Below, piece by piece: positions 9,399-20,573 of a stretch of DNA of 64,000 nt. The number at the start of each line of letters is the position of its first letter. Position 1 is the first letter of the stretch. The notes under the pieces were generated by a model. That model ran no database searches. It had not been told where the DNA came from and saw nothing but the letters and a program-made list of their open reading frames with translations. Source of the DNA: Candidatus Babeliales bacterium (lineage in GTDB: Bacteria; Babelota; Babeliae; Babelales; JANWKD01); contig CAVRJO010000001.1 in assembly GCA_963722255.1 (NCBI GenBank), positions 256,001 through 320,000 on the forward strand, written 5' to 3'. The translations under genes were made by a program, and so were the position numbers.

Positions 9399-10613
9399 AT
9401 GAAGCATATTCTATATTACTTTATTCTGACTAGTGCATTTGCTTGTGCACCGCTCATTGCTCAAAGAAAATTTAACAATACCCAAAAACCAATCCGCGAT
9501 TTTGAATTTAACCTTAAAGATCTAGTTCCTATTAAAACCTTTGATTTCCAGCTCAAAGAGCTTACTCCCGCTAAAGCATTTTCTCACATCAAGGATCTTT
9601 CTCCTGAGACCCTCTTAACCTATTTGCCTCCTGTCCCCCAAGTTTTGAAACAAACAATCGACAATTGGAGACGCCAGTTTTATACCAAAAATAAATTTGA
9701 TATTTTAGAAAAACTCAATGAAATTTCTTCTTTTAAAAGTGATTATGAAGATAAAATAAAGCTTCTAAAAAAATATAAAATTAACTACAAAGAATCAGCT
9801 GGAAACTTCATCATACCTGTTCCCGGAACCAATTTTTTAATAAAAATAGCAGGCACCAGCAACAAACGCTTTAATTATGCTGCCAATGATTGGACAAATA
9901 TGATGAATCCTATTAATAATAAAATTGGCCCAAAACTCTCAAAAGACCCAAATTCTGAAGAATTCAAAAAAGGATTAGAAGAATGGTACGCGCTTTGGCA
10001 AGATATTTATACTAAATACAAACAAAATCCCGTCCCCTTTTATCAAACGGTAAGTAGAGCAGAACGTTACATGCTCATTCAAAAAGCAATGGATTTTCAT
10101 AAGATAAAAAATATAAAACTTCCAAAACTGTATCTTGTACCCTTTAATGACAAAATAACCTCACCAGTTTCTGATGAAACCTATTTTGTTATTGAAGAAG
10201 CGCCCGGTAAAGATATTGAAATGATTACTAAAGAAAATTTTAAAAACATACCTCCTGAAACCATTAAAGATCTTCTTATGGTTTGCAAAGAAGGTTATCT
10301 CTGGAATGTGCCTTTTGGTGATAAAATTGGTTTAGCACCCGATAAAAAAACACTGATCTTATATGATTTAGAACAACCAAATCGTTTTAGCACCAATGGT
10401 GCATTTTTAAAAGATCGTTCTAATTATGAACTTTTTGCTTTACAGGGAATTGGGCTTATCATTCAAGCAATAAAGGATTACGGAACTAAAGCGCAGCTTG
10501 ATGCAGCTTCTGAATTTATTAAAAAAGATGAAGCCTGGACCACAGAACCAAAAATAGAAGAGTTTCATGGATATAGTGGCTATAAAAGTAAAATTGATCT
10601 ACAAAAAAAATAA
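9399..10613 (+). CDS. Secreted protein, possible atypical protein-kinase-like fold
   Basis: Signal peptide ...PLIA; FLIK, LPKLYL, VIEE, LWNV...KI and LYDLE are spaced like kinase subdomains. Confidence 0.55.
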   Translation: MKHILYYFILTSAFACAPLIAQRKFNNTQKPIRDFEFNLKDLVPIKTFDFQLKELTPAKAFSHIKDLSPETLLTYLPPVPQVLKQTIDNWRRQFYTKNKFDILEKLNEISSFKSDYEDKIKLLKKYKINYKESAGNFIIPVPGTNFLIKIAGTSNKRFNYAANDWTNMMNPINNKIGPKLSKDPNSEEFKKGLEEWYALWQDIYTKYKQNPVPFYQTVSRAERYMLIQKAMDFHKIKNIKLPKLYLVPFNDKITSPVSDETYFVIEEAPGKDIEMITKENFKNIPPETIKDLLMVCKEGYLWNVPFGDKIGLAPDKKTLILYDLEQPNRFSTNGAFLKDRSNYELFALQGIGLIIQAIKDYGTKAQLDAASEFIKKDEAWTTEPKIEEFHGYSGYKSKIDLQKK

Positions 10614-10658
10614 CAATATTGGTCGAGAGAACATTTAAAAGTTCTCTCGACTATCAAT

Positions 10659-11270
10659 TTATTGTTTTTCAATGAATTCCCATTCTTCATCATCCTCAGG
10701 TTCGCTTTCAGTTGCAACTTCCCATTCTTCACCCAATGAACTTCCATCAGCTGATTCCTCATCTGAATCAGGTGAATATTCTTCTATTATTTCCCATTCT
10801 TCTCGTGGAACATAAATTCTTGGTAAAAGACCTGATTTTCTTTTTTCTTCTTCTTCATGTTTTTTACGTTCAATCTCTCGTGCTTCTTGTGCTTTAAATC
10901 GAGCTATATTCTTTGCATTTCTTCTATCATAAGCAGCTTTTTTTTGCGGATCTGATAACGTATCATTTGCATTAGATATCGCTTTAAAAACGCTCCCTGC
11001 AATTTCGGCATTCTCATAACCGATTTTTTTAAGCTCTTTCGCTTTTGAAGGATATCTATCTGGATGAAATAAAAGACTTAATTTTTTATATGCCAATTTT
11101 ATGTCATTAGTTGTAGCATCATAACTAACATGTAAAATTTCATAAAAATTCTTCTCTTTTATGGCTTTGTCCATAGATTCTTTTGTTAATTCTCTGGTCA
11201 TAGCAAAAAGTTGCTGACTCATAAGAACAAAAACAAATAATAGTGCAAATCGATAATACCTGTTCTTCAA
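10659..11270 (-). CDS. Secreted J-domain (DnaJ-like) protein with acidic tail
   Basis: GGAGG RBS with TTG start; signal ...LFA|M; FYEIL...AYKKLSLLFHPD...LSDPQKKAAYD. Confidence 0.88.
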   Translation of the reverse strand: MKNRYYRFALLFVFVLMSQQLFAMTRELTKESMDKAIKEKNFYEILHVSYDATTNDIKLAYKKLSLLFHPDRYPSKAKELKKIGYENAEIAGSVFKAISNANDTLSDPQKKAAYDRRNAKNIARFKAQEAREIERKKHEEEEKRKSGLLPRIYVPREEWEIIEEYSPDSDEESADGSSLGEEWEVATESEPEDDEEWEFIEKQ

Positions 11271-11293
11271 ATTACCTCCCTTTAAATATTTAG

Positions 11294-13413
11294 TTATGGA
11301 TTCCCATATGTTGGAAAATCTATATCTTCTTTATTCTGCAATTCATCTCGAATGAATGCTGCAATCACTTCCTTATTTGCTCTAACATTAAATTCAGCAA
11401 TTCCGGAAAGCTGTTTAAAATCATCAGCTGAATATTCAAAATTAAGCGTATGGCAAAAACCTGGTTTACCATTTTTTCCATTAATACAAGCAATAGGATC
11501 AAATGAATCAAGCTTTTCTGATTTAATAAATCTGCGTAGTTCTTCACGTTCGACTTTTTCTTGTGTTGTTAGTTTTGCAACTCCTTCTGGCCCTGTTAAT
11601 GCCATTAGGGTAGGATCCTTTATATAATTTATATAAATAATTCGTGGCGCTTCCGCTTTTCTTTCTCTTTTTTCTTCATCAGTATAATTTTTCATATCTT
11701 TATATAATCGCAAGGTTGCATTCGAACCATCATCAACGCGCGCATATTCATAACCATATGCAGCTTTGGCATCATCAAAGAACCTTTTTAAGTCTCGTGC
11801 TGAAAGGGCTGTTGTTGAAGATTCACCAACGATAATAAATTTAATTTTACGCTCAGGCCATAAAAGCGGCATCAGAGGAATATTATTTGAAACTCCCGCG
11901 TCAACAAGCGTTAAATATTTTTTCTTTCTCAACCATTCAGCAGGCATATTACTATAACTCTTAAATGGATTAAATATTTGCGTTGGAGAGATTCGCGCTG
12001 TTCCAACACCTTCAATTGATTGAATCATACCAATAAGCAATGATGCGGCAATGTTCATAATACCGGTAATCGATGTTAATGATTCTTTCATGCCCGCTAT
12101 ACCATGAGCAACATATGCATCAATATCTTTGGAATTAATTGCAAATGCTGAACCAAATGTTCCTAACCAGTAGCCAAACATTTGTTCAGGAGCAGCAGAA
12201 ACAAAACCGGTTGAAACGGATTTACCATTGTTAAATTCACTACCAAAAGCTCTAATAGGAACCGAAATATAAGTGCTTTCTTTGTCATCCTTTTCTTTTT
12301 TAAAGTTCACTAAAACTTCAACAGGATTAAATTCATACCAATCATAAGAATAGGAATCATCATCCTTCTTACTCATAGAAACCGCTGTGTAAATGGGAAA
12401 AGGATATCTTCCGGATCTAATAGTTTCATATTGATCTGATAAATGTTTTTTATAACCATCGTTACCCAAAAGAACTTGCCCAAGTAAAAAACCGTAAAAA
12501 TCTATTGAACGAATTGGCTGTCCCCACAAAAATTTTGGCCATAACATATATTTTACGATAATTCCAATATTTTCTGAACTTGATAAAATTCCGGGTCCCA
12601 ATTTCATAACATTAAACTGCTTTGAACTAATCTTTTGTAACAATGAGTGTTTATACTGCGCAATTGTTCCACCTGTACTGATCCAAGGACCAATCATCCA
12701 CGAAGATCCCGATAAACCTGCTGTATACATGATACCATCAGAAGACCAATTTTTTCAAGCCCAGCTAAATAACCAGTTGTTAAAATCATTGCACGATAAC
12801 CACCACCGGTGCCGGCAAATGCAATATTAGATTCAGTTACCATTTGTCGTGTTAAATCTTCACCAAGGAATTTTTCAAGAGTTTCTCGAACGCCCACATA
12901 ACCCAATTCAGAGTTTCCTTCGAGCCGTTTTGATCTGAAATCTCTTTCTTGACGAGAAAGCCCTTCACGAACAGAAACAAGCGCTCCCGAAGTTTGGTTG
13001 TTTATATACTCGTTAACATTTTTTTGTGCCCAAATGAGTGCCAAATCTTTAAGTCCTTTAGTCAAACTTGCAACAAAATCTTGTTCAGCGATTCTTTTTT
13101 TCAATGCTTCTATATTCTTTTCCCAATACTTTTCATCAATATCTTCATAATCGGACCATGCTTTTACTTCTTCGATTTCGCTATCTTCTAGCAAAGTATC
13201 TTCGCTAGGGGTTCCTAGCCCTTTTTTAACAGAATCCCAAAGACCCGGTAAAAATTCAGTCTTTTTTTCCAACGGCGCTACAGTTGTTTTTGCTGGTGTA
13301 GTACCACCTTTGGTCAATAAGCTATAATCCGGTTGTTTTAGGGAAGCAACAATAGAACTGCTGCACATCAATGTAGTTACTAGAATCAGTGAATAGAAAA
13401 TGGATTTCTTCAT
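11294..13413 (-). CDS. Secreted cPLA2/phospholipase B-type (lysophospholipase catalytic domain) protein; 1-bp frameshift near 12740
   Basis: GGGYRAM in ORF 12694..13467 joins GLSGSSW and LVDAG in ORF 11294..12730; signal peptide MKKSIFYSLIL. Confidence 0.82.
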
Positions 13414-13514
13414 CTTTTGACTTCCTTTTTTACTCTTTTTATACCTCTTATTGTATTGGTACTCCATATAGTAAGTTTAGTGCTTTTAAATACAAATAGT
13501 CAATAGAAATAAAA

Positions 13515-13590
13515 ATCCCCGCAGTAAGCTGCTGAGTATTTTTCTATGAAACGAAGCAAGCTTCGGGGAATTGAACCCGCAAGGGATTAA
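13515..13590. repeat. REP-like palindromic element downstream of lysS
   Basis: GCAG-TAAG-CTGC and CGAAG-CAAG-CTTCG hairpins framed by CCCCG/CGGGG. Confidence 0.45.
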
Positions 13591-13649
13591 AAGGTGCAAG
13601 GAGACAAGATTGTCATTCAGAGGATTTCACGCAATGAAGATCAAAGTAT

Positions 13650-15168
<1,519 letters not shown>

Positions 15169-15268
15169 AGGGGATTTTTTCTTACGTACAATTGATTACA
15201 TACTTTCATGTTTACTCAGGTAGTATAACAAAAAAGAACCTATATCAAAAGCATATGATCAAAAAAAG

Positions 15269-15610
15269 CTATTTTAAGAGATTATATACGATTAATGCTA
15301 CTGCAAGCAATGTTGTATAACCCGGATTTTCTTGTGCCACTTTCGAAATAACAAATGACCCACCAAATGACAATCCAAGCTGTGCTTTGGAATCTAAATT
15401 ACTCTTATTTTTTTCCAAAAGTTGATTGAGGATGAAAAATGAATAGATACCGGTAGCAACAGTCAATCCATGTCTATAGTAAGGATTGGTTTGTACAAAA
15501 GTCTTAATATCGTGCCAAGGACTATCAGCTTTACAAGGAATCGAAACTGCTAACATAGACGCTACTGTAACCAATAATACATATCTTCTCACCATTATTT
15601 TTCCTTTCAT
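15269..15610 (-). CDS. Small membrane/secreted hypothetical protein
   Basis: Signal-like N-terminus plus further hydrophobic segments. Confidence 0.6.
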   Translation of the reverse strand: MKGKIMVRRYVLLVTVASMLAVSIPCKADSPWHDIKTFVQTNPYYRHGLTVATGIYSFFILNQLLEKNKSNLDSKAQLGLSFGGSFVISKVAQENPGYTTLLAVALIVYNLLK

Positions 15611-15710
15611 GTAACAATTTTTGTTAACTCTTTAAAAAATTAGTAGAAAAATCTAAAAAAGTCGAACTCTTACAAAATAAAAAAACATGTTAATTATATT
15701 ATATATTTTA

Positions 15711-15740
15711 TTGCTGTTTGAATATATATTATGGTATTCT
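15711..15740 (+). promoter_or_regulatory. Putative sigma70 promoter, also present upstream of the paralog
   Basis: TTGCTG...TGGTATTCT; near-identical TTGCTA...TGGTATTCT at about 16370-16399. Confidence 0.5.
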
Positions 15741-15794
15741 GAAGAGTAGTCTATATCATTAACCTAGTAAAAAAGACCAAAAAAGGAGACCTTT

Positions 15795-16343
15795 ATGAAA
15801 AAATTAGTAGTACTTATGACCTTGTTATCTTTTGCCCAGATCTATTGCTTTAACCCACTCACTAAAAGTGATCAACTTCTTAAAGAAGCACAGGGACAAA
15901 CTTATAACGAGTTTAAAAATATTTATAAAACAATAACTCTTGATGACCTGCGTAATTTTATCAATAATCTTGAAATTGATGCTCAACAAATTCCGGCTGG
16001 AAAAAAATTAGGTTTAACAAGATTAAAAAATCCATTATTAGCAAAAATTTATGAAAAGGTTCTTGAAACCTATAAAAAGATTCAAGATGAAGATAGTAAA
16101 GCTTATTCTCAATCCAAAGGAATTTATACAACGGGTGTCGTAACTAAAAAATATGATAATAAACGTGCTAATGAATACCTTGCAACGGTAATTCTTGATA
16201 TCATCAAAGGATCATCAGAAACCGGTCCACTCCTTTTGATTACTAAAAGCATTACCTTAACACCCGCCAATCTTAAGGAACTAGAGCAATTAAGCGAAAA
16301 AATTAATAAAGAAAAAGCTGCAATCGAAAAGATGGGTTATTAA
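15795..16343 (+). CDS. Secreted hypothetical protein, paralog of 16453..17175
   Basis: AGGAG RBS; MKKLVVL signal peptide; TITLDDLRNFINNL...KIYEKVLETYK...GIYTT. Confidence 0.8.
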   Translation: MKKLVVLMTLLSFAQIYCFNPLTKSDQLLKEAQGQTYNEFKNIYKTITLDDLRNFINNLEIDAQQIPAGKKLGLTRLKNPLLAKIYEKVLETYKKIQDEDSKAYSQSKGIYTTGVVTKKYDNKRANEYLATVILDIIKGSSETGPLLLITKSITLTPANLKELEQLSEKINKEKAAIEKMGY

Positions 16344-16452
16344 GTAAAACTTAATTATTTATTTTTTTATTGCTATTTGTAACGAAAAAATGGTATTCTA
16401 AGGCTATATTAAGTTATTTTAACCATTTTAAAGACCTAAAATAGGAGGCATT

Positions 16453-17175
16453 ATGAAGAAATTATTAGTAATCACACTCGCATTAGCTGTTCCGCAAGCA
16501 TTTGCTGCATTCAGAACACCCGGGAAAACAGCAGAACAAGTTGAACAACAAGAGAGAGAAGCCGAAGAAGGTTCTTGGCTTAACTTAACGGGACCTGCTT
16601 TTCAAAAACTACTTGGAACAGTTGAGGAACAATTTCCACAATGGAAAACTACTATAAACAAAATCGCATCCGGAGATTATGCCGGAAAACTTACTGAATT
16701 AGTAGGCGACCTGAAAAGTCTCGTTAAAAGTTCATTGCAGAATCTAACACCTGCTCTTCAAAAACCTGAAGTTATACGATCGCTTGATACTGTGACCGTT
16801 CAAGATATTCGTGGATTAATCAATGCACTTAATGGATATGCTAAAAATGCCCCTACGGGAATTTTGAGAAATTCAGCTTTAAACGAAATCTATAACAAAA
16901 TAAAAGATACTTACAAAAATTTGGTAAAAATTGATAATGATATTTTTACTGCACAGCAAGGTGGTGTTTACTCCACTGTCGTTCAAGCACCATCACATAA
17001 GCTTGCAGATGATTTCTTAAAAGGATTAATTTACAACCATATTATTGAAGGTAAAACAATTGAAGAGATATTGCCACTCATAACTTCAAGCTTGGAGCTA
17101 GAAAAATCTCCCTTTGAAACAGTACAACCTGCAAAAGGTTCAAAAACAGCAGCTGGTCAATTCCAAGAACAATAA
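16453..17175 (+). CDS. Secreted hypothetical protein, paralog of 15795..16343
   Basis: AGGAGG RBS; MKKLLVI...AFA; TVTVQDIRGLINAL...EIYNKIKDTYK...GVYST. Confidence 0.8.
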   Translation: MKKLLVITLALAVPQAFAAFRTPGKTAEQVEQQEREAEEGSWLNLTGPAFQKLLGTVEEQFPQWKTTINKIASGDYAGKLTELVGDLKSLVKSSLQNLTPALQKPEVIRSLDTVTVQDIRGLINALNGYAKNAPTGILRNSALNEIYNKIKDTYKNLVKIDNDIFTAQQGGVYSTVVQAPSHKLADDFLKGLIYNHIIEGKTIEEILPLITSSLELEKSPFETVQPAKGSKTAAGQFQEQ

Positions 17176-17199
17176 GTTATTAAACTCGTAATAATTATT

Positions 17200-17234
17200 A
17201 AAGCCAAAGAATAGTACTTTCTTTGGCTTTTTTT
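17200..17234. terminator. Intrinsic terminator, probably bidirectional
   Basis: AAAGCCAAAGAA...TTCTTTGGCTTT followed by a T run, between convergent genes. Confidence 0.75.
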
Positions 17235-17844
17235 TATTTTACTAAACGATAATTTTCTTCAACATGATCCCAATTAACGACATGCCACCATGCTTGAATA
17301 TAATCAACACGACGATTATTATATTTTAAATAATAAGCATGTTCCCACACATCAATTCCCAAGAGCGGTCGAGATCCTTCAGAGAATGGCGTATCTTGGT
17401 TTGCTGTTGATGAAACTTCTAAATCACCTTTTTTATTCATTGAAAGCCATGCCCAGCCACTCCCAAATCGTGATTTTGCTGCCTCATCAAACTCAGATTT
17501 AAAAATCTCAAAGGTTCCAAATCCTTTTTTTATAGCTTCTGCAACTATCCCCTTTGGTACGCCTCCGCCGTCTTTTTCATCATTAACCAAAACATTGAGT
17601 GGTTTAGTTGGCCACCACCATGATTTCTTACTGCCGTTCTAATTCCTTCAGGGATCGCAGATAAATTTGATAAAAGCTCGACTAAAGGAATATTCTGTAG
17701 TTCTGGGTATGATTCCAACGCTTTGTTAAGTCCATCTATGTATGCTTGTTGATGTTTATCATGATGAAGCTCCATTGTTTTAGAATCAATGTAGGGCTCT
17801 AATGCATTATAAGCATAGGGCAATGATGCTAAACTATATTTCAT
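17234..17844 (-). CDS. sodA: Mn/Fe superoxide dismutase; 1-bp frameshift in a homopolymer near 17575
   Basis: [28 protein letters not shown] and DVWEHAYY across two frames. Confidence 0.9.
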
Positions 17845-17852
17845 TATTCTCC

Positions 17853-18134
17853 TTAGATATTAAAATAAATGACCTCGTCATTACGTACCATTTGTAACTG
17901 TTCACGTGCAACTTTTTCTTTATAATAGGGATATCTATTCCATTCTAAAAGCTGCTCCTCCATAGCTATTAATGATTCTTTAATTTGTTGTATTTCTTTC
18001 ATGAGATGTTCATTTTCATGTTGCAACGAAAGTATAGCCGGCAAACCGTTTTCTGCATACAAAAAATTAATCAAAAAAAATAGTATTTCTCCCATACATA
18101 AAAAACGAATAATTATTGTTTTATAGTATACCAT
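17853..18134 (-). CDS. Septum formation initiator family (FtsB/DivIC-like)
   Basis: N-terminal TM, coiled coil, EKVAREQLQMVRNDE. Confidence 0.75.
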   Translation of the reverse strand: MVYYKTIIIRFLCMGEILFFLINFLYAENGLPAILSLQHENEHLMKEIQQIKESLIAMEEQLLEWNRYPYYKEKVAREQLQMVRNDEVIYFNI

Positions 18135-18158
18135 GATTCTCCCCCTTCTTTTGTCAAA

Positions 18159-19052
18159 TCATTGCTCTAAAGTATGCTGTAAAATATCACGATGCTTTAT
18201 ACCATAATGCACATTTTCTAATGTAAGTGTTGCAAGCTCATGAACAAAAGCAACAGATCTATGCCTACCGCCCGTACATCCAATGGCAATATTAGTAAAA
18301 AAACGACCTTCATCATATGATTTTTTTATTGAATAATGAATAAACTCTTTAAGCTTTACCCAGTAATCTTGAACCTCCACCTTGCTAAAAAGAAACTCTC
18401 TTATATGCTCTGACGTTCCATCTAAAGGACGCAGTTCAGGAACAAAATATGGATTGGGCAATGATCGAACATCATAAATAAAATTGCTTTCAGGAGGAAT
18501 ACCATATTTGAACCCAAATGATATTAAGTTCACAAGAAGCTGTGGCTTATTTGATTCTGAAAAAGAACTCCTAACAAATTTACGCAGCTGATGTATGGTT
18601 AATTGATCAGTATCTAACACAAGATCCGAAAGCTCCATCAAAGGCTTTAAGAGCAATTGCTCGTGCCGAATTGCATCTTCCAAATTGCACGTATCTGCAA
18701 GAGGATGTTTTCTACGAGTTTCTTGATATCTTTTACATAAAACATGCGGACTCGATGTTAAAAAAAAGATCTTTACAAGATAATTTCGCAACGATTCTTG
18801 CTGTAGCATATCAATAAGTTCATGCATTGTTTTTCCACTGCGAACATCGATTCCCAGTGCAACTTTTTGCCCAATCATCGTAGATTGAGTAATAAGTTGA
18901 AAAAAAGAAGTAAGCAACGGAATGGGAAGGTTATCAACGCAAAAAAAACCTATATCCTCCAAAGCTCGTAAAACCGTACTTTTACCAGCACCGGAATAGC
19001 CAGTCACTATAAGCAACTGCGCTTGTGAAGGCATCACATTATTCTCATTCAT
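18159..19052 (-). CDS. rapZ: RNase adapter RapZ
   Basis: TGYSGAGKS, CVDNLP, ETRRKHPL, SFGFKYG, DVRSLPNP, GCTGGRHRSV. Confidence 0.95.
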   Translation of the reverse strand: MNENNVMPSQAQLLIVTGYSGAGKSTVLRALEDIGFFCVDNLPIPLLTSFFQLITQSTMIGQKVALGIDVRSGKTMHELIDMLQQESLRNYLVKIFFLTSSPHVLCKRYQETRRKHPLADTCNLEDAIRHEQLLLKPLMELSDLVLDTDQLTIHQLRKFVRSSFSESNKPQLLVNLISFGFKYGIPPESNFIYDVRSLPNPYFVPELRPLDGTSEHIREFLFSKVEVQDYWVKLKEFIHYSIKKSYDEGRFFTNIAIGCTGGRHRSVAFVHELATLTLENVHYGIKHRDILQHTLEQ

Positions 19053-19278
19053 AAGTATCTACACCGAAGTTAAAATTCATATATTTTTAATAAATTTTAC
19101 CATGTAAGAAACCGTTAAGGCAATCAAATAATGCATTAAACTAAGAACTGCCAAAAATAAGTCTCAAAAACAGACCCGCAATATGCATTATTGACTAGTA
19201 TATAATTTTTTTTGCAATATATTTATTTCATAGTATAATTAAATATATACTATTTATAGTTAAATAAAGGGGTTACCG

Positions 19279-19833
19279 ATGACAAAAAAATTTTCAACAC
19301 TATTCATTTTACTATTTTGCGGATCTTTATTTGGTATGCAAAATAATGATTTTTTCTTAGCAACTAAAAAGAAAAGAAAAAAGAAAGAACCTTTTCTAAC
19401 TTTTTTAGAGCAGAACGTTCAAACAGGCTTATATAAAAAAGAGGAAAAACAAAAAAAGAGTATTTATTACACAAAAAAAGATGCTGATACCAATGTTCAA
19501 ATAGAAACGGTAATTGATGCTTATCAAAAAATTCAAGGCCTCAAAACAATTTCATTGGTAACTACAGATATTCCAACGGATTGCAATCACATAGCTTCCA
19601 TGAAATACTTAATTTCAAACAATATCTGCACAATCTCACTTATACAAACCGATCCAGAATTCCAAAGACAAGGCTTTGGTAGCTTATTGCTTACTGATCT
19701 AGAGCAAGAATTGCGCCAAAGCGGATGCAAAGCGATTTCATTAATCGCTCTTGATAGTGCTGAAGGATTTTATGATAAACATGGTTTTATTACAGAGAAT
19801 GCCTTTGGGCGTAAGACTAAAAAATTAGATTGA
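19279..19833 (+). CDS. Secreted GNAT acetyltransferase with basic NLS-like patch
   Basis: Signal ...LFG|M; KKKRKKK; PEFQRQGFGSLL and AEGFYDKHGF. Confidence 0.85.
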   Translation: MTKKFSTLFILLFCGSLFGMQNNDFFLATKKKRKKKEPFLTFLEQNVQTGLYKKEEKQKKSIYYTKKDADTNVQIETVIDAYQKIQGLKTISLVTTDIPTDCNHIASMKYLISNNICTISLIQTDPEFQRQGFGSLLLTDLEQELRQSGCKAISLIALDSAEGFYDKHGFITENAFGRKTKKLD

Positions 19834-19850
19834 AAGTAACTTTTCATAAC

Positions 19851-20531
19851 TTATGCTTTTAAATTTTTAATTAAAGCATGAAAATTTTCACATTTATTCC
19901 ACCACATAAGATCAAAAAATGATTGTACTGCTTTATAACTGCCAAAGGTAGCACTGGCAAATGACACAAATAATGACAAAGCAGTCAATGAACTTCGTAC
20001 CAACTCTTTACCCTTACTAGCTTCATATAATGAGACACCTAATCCTATGAATCCACAAAGACCTAACGCAGCATACCCAGTAAATGCTAATTTTGAAGGA
20101 GAATGTTTTCTAATATATGAAAGCAAATTTTGTTTACGCAGTTGATCTAAACGTGCTGCCATATAAACGAAAGTTACGTCTTTACCTCCCAAGGAAGGTT
20201 TTAGAGCTTCTACAATAAATTTTCTCTTTATCGAAATTCCCGAATCTACTACTCTCTTATAACCTCCTGGATTATAAGTATTCCAATCGTCTTCATTAAA
20301 AAAAGTTTCAGAAGCGTGAAAATTATCCTCAAAAATCGGACTTCTTCCAGCATATTCCACTATATCTATGTGCTTATTAGGAAAATCAACACCCTTCCTC
20401 AGAGCAACAAGAGCGATTTCCTTTATTGCAACTTCTACTGCAGTTTGTTCATCTTTGTCCATCCCAACTATAAAAGCATGGGGAGCAAGCATCATAACAA
20501 GAATTAACCGAAGTTTTATAAAAAATCTCAT
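19851..20531 (-). CDS. Secreted protein with C-terminal two-TM hairpin
   Basis: Signal ...IVG|MD; two hydrophobic segments near the C-terminus. Confidence 0.7.
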   Translation of the reverse strand: MRFFIKLRLILVMMLAPHAFIVGMDKDEQTAVEVAIKEIALVALRKGVDFPNKHIDIVEYAGRSPIFEDNFHASETFFNEDDWNTYNPGGYKRVVDSGISIKRKFIVEALKPSLGGKDVTFVYMAARLDQLRKQNLLSYIRKHSPSKLAFTGYAALGLCGFIGLGVSLYEASKGKELVRSSLTALSLFVSFASATFGSYKAVQSFFDLMWWNKCENFHALIKNLKA

Positions 20532-20573
20532 TAAGTCCTTAATTTAAACTAAATTTATATAAATTCTAAACTT

